Origin: Phoronis australis
Lineage: Eukaryota; Animalia; Phoronida
Direction: 5' to 3'
Length of the DNA: 64,000 nt
NCBI GenBank assembly: GCA_002633005.1
Contig: NMRA01000081.1
Coordinates: forward strand, 127,625 to 191,624
Shown here: in pieces, positions 38,274-60,485 of the stretch
How the letters are laid out: every line of letters starts with the position of its first letter
How positions within the stretch are numbered: position 1 is the first letter of the stretch
Translations under genes and position numbers: made by a program
The notes under the pieces: generated by a model
Told to the model about the DNA's origin: nothing
The model's database searches: none
What the model saw: only the letters and a program-made list of their open reading frames with translations

Positions 38274-38689
38274 CCATTGGACATACCTCAAACTGAGGGT
38301 CGTCAAGATTGGTCATTGGTGTATGGTAACAAATTTTGTTTTCTTTTTCTGAGGCCTTCTCCAGCAGAAGGAACATTGAGGCAGTCGAATACACGATCAA
38401 AAATTTGTACATACTTTGATGTCTGGCTGGCTTTTAGTACCACATATGCCTCCATGACGGATGCCATGGAATCGCTAATTGTCTTGAAAAATACATGTAT
38501 GAAAACATTTGTTACTTAAAGCATGTGATAGTGTGGTACCCTCTAACAGTGTACGAGTGCAATCCAAATGAACTCCAAATACTGTTCCATAATATTACAC
38601 TGTAATTACAAGGTTTCATAGTTATATATATCAAGCCCAAATGTTGAGGTTGTTGACTCTGATCTGCTCTTTAAAAAACCAATACCAAC

Positions 38690-39060
38690 CTTGGCCGCTA
38701 AAGGCACCCTCATCATTGTGTATGAAATAAGCCAAGGTGAGTTTGATTATGCAATGTCTTTTTTGGCATTGCAAGCCCATAACAGCACACAATGTGTCAG
38801 CCACTTACATTTTCCCAGTCGGATTTTCAGCAGCGTTGGACATTTTCGATATCAAATCAGCGCGACCGCTTAATACTGCAAGCAGACTCAAAGTCTTTCC
38901 AATTTTCTGCCACATCTCCTGTTAGGCACATAGGTGTGGGAGATGGGAGTTGCTACATAGCCATTTATCTCAAATACCACTGTTGAATCTTTGGTTAGAC
39001 ATCTACAATCCAGTTGGTTAAGATAATCAACGATTTATTCTACACTAAACAAAGCTACCA
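38690..39060 (-). mobile_element. Gypsy LTR end/PBS plus degenerate gag N-terminus
   Basis: The - strand shows AATAAA...caacag-TGGTA, then LPSPTPMCLTGDVAENWKDFE, a typical Gypsy gag start. Confidence 0.65.
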
Positions 39061-39289
39061 ACTTGCCATATAGAAAATACCGAGATATGTCTGTAAAAAG
39101 ACAAGAGAAACGCTGACCAGTTTTATTCAGAGATGTCAAGGAGATAACTCCATGAGTCAATAACATATTACTACAGACGTGATAACGGAGTGAAAGGTAT
39201 TTTTGGTGAAGGAACTCTAGTTTAACGCCATCATTGAAAATGTATGGTTTACTTAGGAGTCCGTGTTGGATATCAAAGGAGTCCAGATG

Positions 39290-40407
39290 TTAAAAGATGA
39301 AACCATAAACACTTTCAGACCCCACCGAATAGGTTTGTCCTTCATGAACTGCTTGAAACTGAATCTTGATTTGCATGGTGTCTTAGATTCATCTAATGCG
39401 ATTTCATGTTCAGGAGCATAGATCGACGTACAGTGTCCAATGACAGCATCCCATACGGGTCGTAGTTTATACAGTTTATCACAAAGTGGGTCATTTTTGT
39501 CAGTGACCATAGCGGTGTTGTCCACAAAATGAATATATAGTAAGGTGGCTAAGAACCGGTCTCGGGATATCGATTTCCGGAACCCAGGAGTTTCCGTCCT
39601 CCAGTGTGTGTTCCACTAATCCTGCATATTTCCTTTGCAAATGAGGCCCATGCAGAATAGCAAGCCAAATCAAATATATAGTTCCTTCATTGTTACATCA
39701 TGCCATTTCATTTCGTGTTTGTCTGGTGCACTCTGCCTTTCCTGATTGGCATATCAATTAGTCTGCACAACAATCAGCCTGATCAGAGCACCTGGAAAAA
39801 GCAGACTGAAAAACATACTGGGTGTCACCAAGGTAAGTGCCTCCTGTCCAGGTAAGTCATCAATGACTTGCTGTTTTGGCCAGGTGTGCTTTAATGGCAT
39901 CTTGCCTTTTGTTCACTGATGCACTCCAATCGTCTTTTTCGGGATCCTGAACGTCCACAGGCACGTCGATCTTGGGCATCCTCCAAATCGCCTGCGTCAA
40001 ACTCCACACTAACTTCAGTCTCACTATCTGAGTGCCGTGAAAATCGAGCTCGGGGTACATCGTCTTCACTGTCAGAGTCAAATTAAGTGTCCAAATCATT
40101 CTCATTCACATAATTATCCAGCAAATGATAGCGTTGTCCACTCTGAGTTTTCTCTCTTTTACTCCCACCATCTCGCAAACAAAATCCAACACTTCTCAAA
40201 ATCTGATAAATTCAGCAACAAAATGCACACGATTTCAAACAAAGAAAAACGTATTGTACACGTCATCAATCCATGTGTTACGCAAGTTTGAGAAGTGTTT
40301 AACCGTTGAAAGGTGGCAGAATGTGTATGTAAACTGTGACACGCATGTGTGCGTGTATCGGGTTATTGGTGATATCACGCCAGTTTGCGTGTACCCGTGC
40401 TATAGGG
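39290..40407 (-). mobile_element. piggyBac (PGBD4-like) transposon 5' portion, degenerate
   Basis: SRDRFLATLLYIHFVDN...DKLYKLRPV...IALDESKTPCKSRFSFKQFMKDKPIRWGLK. Terminus TTAA|CCCT on the - strand (TTAA at 40408-40411). Confidence 0.9.
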
Positions 40408-41549
40408 TTAATAAAATATTTGACTTGTTTCCTGCTGCCTTTTTGCTACCATAGTCTCTAGTTTTTCTGGCAGTTCATCAACGCAAAGTATTTCCCCATA
40501 TATTTTCTCACAGCATTGTTTTCAGCTTCTGTCCATGGTTGTCTCTCAATTTGTTGACAATCTTTTCCGTTAGACCCTTTTTCTTTACGAGACATTCCTA
40601 GAACAAACAAATTACTTTTGATTACCATGGAATCATAAGCAAATTTATGATTTTATGAAGTTAAAATATTATAAAATGAACCTAGGCAATTATTTTTAAC
40701 ATTTTGCTCTGCAAGTTGATTATTCGATGATATTAACAATGGCATAGTTAAGCATATCATCTGAGGGTGAAAGTTTTGAGTAATAAATAATGTGTTGTCC
40801 ATTGTTTAAATTGTTACTCTCAAAGTATTAAAATCAGCTAGAATAATAATTCTCATTGCCCATCCTTATTACACCTAAAAACTGGAACCTTAACACTGCT
40901 TAAATGAAAAAGGTTTCAACATATTGAAGAGAATTTTTTAACTTAAACCCTTCATGACGCTTTTGCTTCTTATGCCTGTAGAAGGAGGCATACTGTTTGC
41001 ATGACATGCCACATTCATCACAAAAAGAAGTGTTGTGCTGTGACGCAATGTGTCGCGTCAGGCTCTCTTTGTGAAACATTGATCACAGTTGGGACTCTCA
41101 GTGAATCGTCTTGGTTTATGAGCACGATGCTTTCCTGTTGTGTTTTCCTACATTGGTAAAAAAATCTTTATGCATGCAACGCGTCTTGAATCACAGGGCT
41201 GGTAAAGGTCTTGCTTGCTGTAGTGTCACTGTGTTTTATTGCCATGTGGTCATACTAAGTTAATTTCTTTAGTTCCTGAACGAAGCTCCATAACATACAC
41301 ACGCACTCCTTTGTGATATGCAGCAGTTGTACTACTCTTTTTTGAAGGCGTGGACTTGAATACCCTGAAAGACTCCTCTTGTGGCTGCAGTTCAACTGAA
41401 AAAATCGAAAGCCATTGCTTTCTGAGCTCTTTATTTTAAAAAATAAGCAAAAGCCAAGTATTATTTCCGATCCACGACAAAGGCTACACTCTGACGCTTT
41501 TCTGTGTGTCGCATTGGTGCCAAAGTAGCCTCTATTTAAGAAGAAAATG

Positions 41550-41800
41550 ACACTTATACTCACCGGGTACGTCACTGTCGTCTTCCATTTCTGGTGCAAG
41601 GTCTCGTTCTCGAACGCCTTCCAGTTGTCTCTCTGTCGGGTGCAGGTTCTTCTCACTCTACTGCCACCATGTTATGTTTTTAGGTTGCTTTAGACCAAGC
41701 ATGGAGACCAATAAGAATGTGACTAAAACATGTATTCAGAAAACATGAAACCATAAGGCGGATCAGGAAGTGCTAGGTAACTGAACATGCGTAATACACT
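41550..41800 (-). mobile_element. LTR retrotransposon LTR end plus partial tRNA-Leu PBS
   Basis: - strand junction ...cataACA|TGGTGGCAG at 41661-41672. Confidence 0.5.
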
Positions 41801-42625
41801 AAGATACTGGTAAAGACGTCTTAAAGCCCTTGTAGAACTTTTAGACAAGGTCAGAACATCTATTGATACTCCTTAATTTATAGCAGATACTTACATTCAT
41901 AAGCCACATTCGTTTATTTTTGGCCAAAACATTGCACATGTCCGCGTCCGTAATTGTGAAAAAAACTTCAGGTGGCGCTGTGCTGTTAACCGGATGTGTG
42001 ACGTCAACGTTTAGCCAAAGTCACTTCCCAATACCGAGTCTGTGTGTAACTCACAGGTGTAATGCGCATTGTCGGTGATATTTTCGATCGACAAAAGGGT
42101 GGCCGTCAAACAGACCCATTAAAATTGATTTGGTATCTTTTTAGCCATCATTTTACATCACCATAATTTAGTAAGCACATCCTAGGACGGGTGACTAACT
42201 CCGCCAGCGGAAGGGTGGATCACAGTCGACTTCGTTGGCGGGAGGTCGGGGAACTATCCAGTGGGCGGGGGTAAAAAAAAGATTTTTGCATGATTGCTGT
42301 ATCACACACTCGAAGTCAACCGCGTAGTCATATTTTACTGTGTTTCTCACTACAGTTTGCGTGGCATGCAGCACTTTCTGCTCGAAATGCGAGTTGCGAT
42401 ATTTTCCCGTTCACATCGTTTGTTTATTCATTTACCTAAAATTCACAGTAGCACACAGAAAAAACGTTTGTGAAGTTGTAGTACGTTATTTGTCAAGTAG
42501 ATGAACCTTTGAACCAACTATTATTTCTTGCATTTTGGACATTGAAGGCAGTGTTTTTCTATAGTTTCTTTTTCAAAAAGAAATTGAATGCAGACAAATC
42601 ACACTTGACATGAAGATTTATGTAC

Positions 42626-44390
42626 CTGCTTTCCATGCCGTGGAAATCAAAATGGAACATTTTTGGGGCGAAATGATTGACCAGGCTATGGTATCCTTCA
42701 ACACTGAACGTCTGACCTCCTGGTGCTAGGTTTGGTATGTCCTTCAACATCTGTCTACTTTCAATGATATCACATAAGCTTTCATACACTTCTGTACCTG
42801 TAATGTTTAATAAGACTTGCATGTGAATAATAGCTTCATGTTAATTATGAAATTGAACGGTGTTACAAGGAAAAAACGTACCCTCCAGGAACTAAAAAAA
42901 CTTCTATACAGTAAAATTGGCCTGAGGAATTGAATGTCACAATCGAGTAAACATTATCAACAGGTTCATTGAAGAGTTGTTTTGACTCAAAAACCCCAAG
43001 GTACCTTGTTACCTTGTATCAGCAACAGTTGAGTGGAGGCGAGACTAAAAGCAGGCTTTTGTTTAATTAAAATTGCTTTTAGGGGAGGTAGTGTGGCCCT
43101 ATAGGATAGGTTTTCTCTTCCTTTACTTGAGGTTGTGGGTTCGAGTCCCATAAGGGCACACTGCTAGACCCTGGAGTAAGGTCTCTAGCTCCTCAGCTTC
43201 ATTTTATCTATACATTAATTAACCACAAAAATGGTTTCACATGATAAGAGCAATGGCTCACCCTAGACGCCAACGCACTTCAGGTACAATGTCAATAGAG
43301 AGCACGCAATTACTTTTTAGTTGAAATTGTGAGTTCCTTCCTGAAAAACCTGCTCATAATGTTGAAACAAATCTTACCAGGTTGAAACCAGGGTTTTCGA
43401 TCCACATTTGGCTGAATTGGCAGATGCAAACAAGCTGGAAAATCTTCTCCATGCCCATGGTGAATGTTTGCTATGTGTCTTGAGAGACTCTTCCACTTGC
43501 CAAGACACACCTGTCCATTTCCATTGCTGGATGTGGCCGACCAATACAGATGATTAACAAAACTTCAAATCCAACGACCCACTGGGGCACAGGCAGGTTT
43601 CTTGGCGAGGGCATCAAGTTTCTTTACAAGACCTAAAAAACAAGGGTTTTTTATTTCTGACTGGTAGTGACAATTATGTAATATAGTTTACTGGTCATTC
43701 AGTTCTGTTAAGACATCAATTAAGCAGCAAGAGCAAAAAAAAATTCTTTGATGCCCGTACACATAGATCAACAACTTACTTCATAACAAAAATGGCAAAG
43801 AACCTAAACAATTATATCAAGAGATTATAAAATACAAGGCAAATCCACTAGTGATTTATGCAGTTGTAAGTAGGTCAAACCAAAATCGCAACCCAGCAAA
43901 AATAAAACAACAAGGGAATCATTCTGTTGAAACAACCATGGTACTATCTTGTATAACTAACAATGCTAACTCACATAAACAAAAGGTTCCACATACAACA
44001 TGGACTAAAATGATGTTTTTGAAAGGTGTCCTTGCATTTCAAAGGTGAAACTGAACCGTTTACTCGAGTGTATCAAATATGTAGCACGATGTTCAAAACT
44101 GGACATTCTTATAGTTAGCAAATTTAAAAAATGAGCAATTTCAGTTATTACTTTTTCCAAAATTGGCGAGATTTTATAGTAAAGCTTGCAAGCTAATGAC
44201 AAAAATATTACCTTTGGCAACATGCCATACATCAAAGTAGTGGCGCACACCTTCCCAATTCTCTCTAATCCACTTGGTTACCTGAGCATGTCTGTCCGTA
44301 ACTATGGACCTGACATTAGCTCCATGGCGATCCAATGTGCTTTTAATTCTTTTCAAACCTTCCAGTTCCATGTTGTATGAATTTCATAAT
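42626..44390 (-). mobile_element. Intron-containing DDE transposase remnant (probably Kolobok-type)
   Basis: Exons at about 44212-44390, 43378-43632 and 42626-42797 splice in phase: MELEGLKR...IVTDRH...HYFDVWHVAK|G...NHLYW...KWKSL..H..N.H...C.H...W|G...QTFSVEGYHSLVNHFAPKMFHF...MESR. One in-frame TGA. The superfamily call is from memory of these motifs. Confidence 0.7.
43085..43210 (+). mobile_element. tRNA-derived SINE, copy 3 (inside an intron of the transposase remnant)
   Basis: ggaggtagtgtggcc...gggttcgagtccc...gctcctcagct. Confidence 0.7.
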
Positions 44391-45005
44391 TGGTCTTTTT
44401 AAAGCCAAATATCCGATAAAATGACTACTGACAGTGAATGCTTACACACCCTTGCGCCGAAAAATGCCAGACAGTCACGTACGCTTCCAGCCAATCAGCG
44501 ACCATAATATGGGCCTTAACGAGAAAATTGTCAAATGTTTTTTAGCAGATGAGACCGGCAAGTGCTGAATGAAATACGTTGCTTGTGTACAATGCACATG
44601 TAACTCCTTAGATTGCGTTTACTGAGGCAAATGAAGTCCGGTGACACGCACGTGCTCGCTTACTCACACACGGCATTGCAGAACAGTCTTCTTTCTTCAG
44701 GTGTGCAGGTATGAAGTAGAGTAAAACTTCATGAGCGTACCAGTGTCGAGCTTGCAAAAAAAAGTCTAGTCGTGTTTTTTAACAAAGTTTGTTTAAACGA
44801 AGGGCTGCTACCGAACTACACTTAGCATACAGCACATTTCACCATAATCTTGTACATTTGATATGAAAACTTTTTTAAAAGCAAGCAAACTTAGATATGT
44901 AACTTATGGGTACAAACAACAGATTATATTAAGACATGCCAATGAAATGAAACATGCACCTTGCACAGACTCCTAGGAATACAACCAGACTCATTCTCTC
45001 TCTAT

Positions 45006-46370
45006 CTACAAGCGCTTCTTTTTTGCCTTATAACTAACTTTGCACAACTCACAAAACCATTCTTTACAACGAGGTGCCTGCTTTAGTCCCACATACAAGA
45101 AATGATACCACTTGTGGGGGCACGAATTATTGTCGCAACCTATTATTGGGTTATCGTCCTTGTGACCACATGAACAATCGTATGCTGTTTCACCTGCAGT
45201 CTTTTCTCTTACACCTCCCGATTTGATGTACGGATATACCTGAGTACACCAAAATTCCTGCAACTTTGGGACTACAACCTGGCCAATACTGTTGTCATAC
45301 GTAACAGTACTCCCAGAGGGCAGCCATACTACAAAATAGCAAAATTACGTTCCAGTAACAAACATTTGTAGTTGTACTTACATGTAGTACCTGTGATCTT
45401 TTTTTTAAATCAAACTTGTTGTCCAAGCACGAAGCAGGTTCAATTACACCTCTTCTGCGGCACGGACAATCGATTACTCCATCTGGTGAGGCTGCCAAGA
45501 ATGGATCCGTCTTGGATATGACGAGGCCCACTTCAAGAGCTGTCGCGCTGCAATTTCCGCACCTGCACTGAGCTCTGGCCACAGGTTCATGGTCCCTCCC
45601 CCACTTCATGGCCATAGTATCAACAGAACATGGTGTCTCACTAGCTATTCTAGACATTAAGGACGGAGCAGGGCTGACTTGGTTGTTGTGTACCACATCA
45701 TGAGCAACAGACAAGTTATTCTTCCTGCTCATTGGAGGTAGCAATTCATTGACAGCTTTTGAGCCTTCGTTACTTCAGTGACATAACTAACGATGCACCA
45801 TACTCTTCCATTCCTTTAATGGCGTCATCAGGTCCAGAGGACGACAAAATCAGAATGTGCACAGTTGGCGGTGGACGCTGTGTGGGTAATACCGGTGCCT
45901 TTGGAACGGAGTTTATCATGGATTGCCTGTATGAAAAGAAAAATAGAAAAAGACATGAGGGTTATGCTAACATAAGAATGTTGTTCTTGCGAACAGGAAT
46001 GGGGTTGATTCTTCCAAGCTGGTCTTTTACATTCATCTTTTTATTTCAAATTCTTCAGGTTAAATGGGAAAGACCAACATCACAAATGACATTGCAACTG
46101 TTCATTACTGGCAACGATAAAGTCGTCAGAGAACTGAATAGTTTAGTTACCAAGCATGAGTATCTCATTTTAAAATCCCAACCAACCTGGTGTTTCCACG
46201 AGGTATATGTGGGTGTCGCCAAATCTAATGTTTGGCCATTCTTTCGGGTCGTTCTTCCAGACATCATTTGGAAGCCTGTACGGACAGTCCTCCAATCCAC
46301 ACATTGACAATTTTGATCTGTAACGGGCATGCGACTTGCTTTCCAAGTCTGACGTATAATCGGCAGACAT
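45006..46370 (-). mobile_element. YqaJ-like exonuclease plus PHD-finger ORF of an ISL2EU/PIF-Harbinger-type (or related) DNA transposon, frameshifted
   Basis: N-terminal RYRSKL..C...CPY....W..DP.EWP.I.FGD...YLVETPG; MKWGRDHEPVAR...GLVISKTDPFLAASPDGVIDC; C-terminal ING-type PHD C.CG....IIGCDN..CP.KWYH...VGL...P....WFC..C. Confidence 0.8.
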
Positions 46371-46744
46371 AATGCGTAAAGAATTGAACTTCTATGTGAA
46401 TTTACTATCAGAGCAACACGTTGTTTCCACCTCGCTATATGGCAGTCTCCTCAGTAACTCGGGTGATGACGTCACTGTGTGTATGAATGCTTTTTATTGT
46501 GATTGACCTTCTGTTGTAACTGCTTTTCTTGCACCTTTGACATAAGTTTGGCTTACTCAACATCAATTGACATTGGTTGGCAGTCTGGCAAGGCAGTTGA
46601 GGTGCGTAGAATATCAATGAAGTCGTCACGCGACTTGATAGAATGTCTGCTTTGAATGTATGGCTTGATTAGTTAATCAAGGTGCTTGGAAATTTTATAA
46701 GATGGCGTGAGAACTTGTGAGCGTACGGGTTGCAAGCTGTTAAA

Positions 46745-47522
46745 TCATTCGCTAGTTATTATCCGTGTTTCGTTTCTTTGACGTTGTTTGATGTTGCGGT
46801 ATTGTGCAGCAACGCTGATGGGTGAGAAAAGTTGCACCGGTTGATTTAAATTGACTGCAGTAATTCTTTTCTTTAGAGTGCCTGTACTCAACTGCGCTGT
46901 TTTCTTGGCTAGTCGCCTTACTGGCCTACATTTTTCTGAGCATTGAAGACATCGGCCTTCTCCTGTAATCAACCTTTTATCTGTTACAGAAATGTTACGC
47001 CTAATTTTATACCATTTAGCATAATTTGTGTCTTTCAAGCATGTCCCTGGCCTGCTGTAGTCTAACGTTTCGATACTTCAGTAAAAATTGCACACATATA
47101 CAATCACTGTCGTAATCGCATTTCTTGATTCCGCCACACAATGCATGCTTGGAAGTTAGTTTTGCTAGTTGTTCTTCTAAATTAATGCTATTGTTGATCA
47201 TTAAATGCCTCAAATTCATCGCCAATGACATTCCCGTCTCCACAACACGCTCCTTTGCCATTCTTGCGCATGCCTCAAAGGACCCGTAGTATACCGGTAT
47301 AGCTGTGACTCAGTCGGCAACCACATGACTAATTTCTACTGCTAACTCGTATTGAAATTCTCCATACTTCAAAATTCTTGGTTGCAGATGCTGATAATTG
47401 CCTTCAATGATTTTCACAATAAGAGACAAGAAATCCGAGTTATCACACAGCCCCGCTGGCCTGCTGCTGCCTTCCATTTTCACTGGGCACCCTGCTAAAG
47501 CCGACTTGTGCAATAGCCGCAT
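46745..47522 (-). mobile_element. Degenerate TE-like ORF fragments (Cys-rich; possibly the N-terminal region of a P-like transposase)
   Basis: Consecutive - strand ORFs in shifted frames, with LCGG and RCLQCSEKC motifs followed by a basic segment. Confidence 0.3.
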
Positions 47523-50500
47523 TGGTGGTCAGGTGTCGGGCACAGGCCCATGAGGCAACTTGCAGCTACAAATTCATTACAAAGTCATAAAACCTTTTGC
47601 ACGCACAATTAAATGCACAAAACTTCTCATGTATTAAACCCTTAATTTAATGCTCAGGCTATCCGACGAGTGCGTGTTGAAATAAAACATTGACCTTGGA
47701 CCACCGATGGACTCCTCGCAGCAGGGCCCTAGTAGGAGATCTGACCAATCAGGTAGAACTGCGGTTCAAGTAATACACTGTTGGCACCTTACAGTTCAAA
47801 TTGGAAGCTCGTGCTGTATGACGTAGGAGATCCGAGCCTTATTTGCATATATCAGGGACATCTATTGGTCCAAAAAAGAGGATCGTGCCCGAGTACATGC
47901 CTGAGAAGAGGCGTCTTTTGCAAGGGTAAAACATGTCAAGTTCAAAGCATCTCAGCGCCATTAATATGCAATCTTTGGGGACCAAAGTGGTATAATGTTA
48001 TAGGTAAAGAGTTAAGCTCTTCAAACACAATAGTTGGATTGCAGCAACTTGAATATTCAGTTTTGGAATCACGTTTGAAATTGTTAAAATGCGTCAAAAC
48101 AGTTGTCCCTTCCTGGTTATCTCTTCCCGATATAACGTATATGTATATTCAACTGGTGACTAAAACACATGGTTGCAATACATGTGAGCATACCCTGAAA
48201 TACGACTGCAGACTACAAACCAGCCGATAGTGTCTGCTAGATAAATTGCACTCAACATGAAACACTACCTAAAATGATACATCTTAGATTAAAACTCATG
48301 TTTTGAACTTTTTGTATTCTGAATCTGGAATTGCCCATAAAAAGTAGAGTTAAGATCATTGTTTACTGAAAGAAATCCATAAAAATTATCCAAAATGTAT
48401 GTGTAAGGTTTCGGTTCTCTTTTACTCATTGGTGAATGGTTTTACTAACTCCTTGAATGAGTTGTAGATAATTGACCTTTAAGTTGTGGTGCCAGACTAA
48501 CAATCACTGGAACATTTAACAATAGACTAGATTGATATCTGGACTAGCCTCGTCTCAAGTTGAAACCAAAGGGGAGGTTCTTGTTTTTTTGCTTCTACAA
48601 TTTCTGTCAACTTCTTTAACATTTTTCACTTTCATTTCTCAATCAAACGATATTATGTCATAAGCTATCCTTTTGCATGCCATACTTGACTTGACCGTTG
48701 GTCAGTGTTATGAGTTCCGATTGCAGGCATGTACTTCCGTCTTCAGCTATGAAGAAGACCTAAATTCATTATTCTTTCTAAGTGTGTCCAATGGGTTGAC
48801 TGGTGGAGATTGTGCAAGTCTGTCTAATTTCACATAAGAATTATTCTTAAATTACAATTTTCAAATGCCGATTGCATTTTCAAATTCTGAACATTTCACC
48901 AACATTTTGTTTTTATGACGGCTATTCTCTAAACACCGTGCTTCTGATGAAGTTTTTTCTCATTGTCTTATGTTTGTTGAAAGGAAATGGGTGTACTTTT
49001 GTTGAAAGAAAAAATGAAATGACACATTATATATAAAACTGAAGAATATTAATACCAAAAATTTAGGCCCACTGTATTTTATCTCTACGTGCAAACTAAG
49101 TGTGTCAAGGAGAGCATAGCTATACTGTGTTGGTAACTGGTTGCTGTATGGTGGTATTGGGAAATTGATATGTGATTGGCACCCATGCTTTGGGCGTTAA
49201 CTTGTTTCTGGTGTTATGGTGTAGTTGTGTTGAAATGGAAGGTAAGCCTTTATACAAGGACATTACTTCTTTGTTAGTCAAAGTGCTAGTTGTACTTCTG
49301 ATATAAATATACATGTGGAATTGTTAGACTTTCTTAAACTAAGGTTAATATTGTTATGTTTTGTAGGACGTTTGTGTGTTGGGTGTTATTCAATGAAATA
49401 GATCCCATACTGAAATAGTGTCCCTCTCACATAAATCTTCAGGCTTTAAATGCATGTAACTGGCATGAATGAAGCAGTATTGAACTGGATGACTTAAGTT
49501 TTGTGATACCAATAGGTTCGTGCAACATAGTGAATTTGGTTTGCTACGGGTATTTCAGTGAAATTTAGAACACACTAGATATGAGTTTCTCACCACAGTG
49601 TAAACTTTTACCGAAACCTCTCTGCAATGGCTACTTTTCCATTCAAAATGCACTTGAAAGTTTTCGATTTTCGAAGACAATTGATGAATTTTGTAACAAA
49701 TATGCCTGTTTTTGTTGAAGTTGTGTTGAAAACCTAGAAAGAAACCAAGTAAAAAATGACGTGGAATTATTTGAAATTTACCTTAAATTTGTTCGTAATT
49801 TTGTAGAATTTATTGAGAAGAGATTTGTGCTTTTTCTGTAAACCGTTCTAGGCTTCAAAGAATACTGTTTTTGTTCCAGTGCATTCTGTTGCCTGCCGTT
49901 TGTATTGCAGAATAAGGTTACTTGAATATTGTAAATTAAATACAAGTTTTAGTCGAACCATAGAGTAAAGATGTTGCTCATGTCAGTCATATTGAGGTGT
50001 AGTTCTCGTTTCCCTGCAAATGTTGAGCATTGTGAATTGGAATGTATCAGAACTATTAGGCAACCGAAAACCATTTCACTAATTTATTCCATCATAGTCT
50101 ATTAACTAATACTGTTCCAGGCTGTGGTACAGGTCTCGCGTTGATGGAAGCTATGCCCCTGACATACTTGTGTCATATTAGGAGGCTGTTTCTTTGTTGA
50201 ATATGTTTGTTACATGTGTTGCATATTGTTATGTTGTTATGCTACAAATTGTTGTTGGTGTTTTGAAAAATAAACTGTGCTCTTAATGATTACACATTTT
50301 ATTTTATCACTTATTTACATTGAATAGATGTTGATGGTCATCAAGCGACCACTGATAGTTTTCACCACCACAACTACAACAGAGTGACTCTCGCATACAA
50401 TTGTACAACTAGAATTTTCTCTGAGATTACAATAAGCTGGTTGGACAGAGACGTAATCTTTTATGCTATGGAAACATTGTACCAATTCCCATTGCTTAAG

Positions 50501-50694
50501 GACTACCGAAAGCACTTGTGAACTGATCATAATGACAAATGAAAGGGAAGAACTTTCGTGTTAATGTGTTCCGATTTCCTATACCATGGCTAACTTAAGT
50601 TTCTGAAGCATGTAATTGACAATAAAATGATATCAGTTTTACTTTTTGACATAAATAAATAGCAATATATTCCCATCACACAACAGATCAGTCT

Positions 50695-60447
<9,753 letters not shown>

Positions 60448-60485
60448 TTTGGCGTTGTACGTTCTGTCAACCAAGTCCCTCTTCA

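Noticed and set aside
42196-42270. Twister ribozyme (TAACTCCGCC start)
   Set aside because: The conserved P4/L4 loop and pseudoknot partners are not evident, and a simple hairpin explains the pairing.
45759-46307. 182-aa + strand ORF
   Set aside because: Antisense to the YqaJ-PHD element and has no recognisable motifs.
28480-47530. A single giant composite element (Maverick/Teratorn/Helitron cargo) as the explanation for the TE block
   Set aside because: I found no bounding TIRs or TSD, no Helitron termini and no viral core genes. Not fully excluded without a genome-wide copy search.
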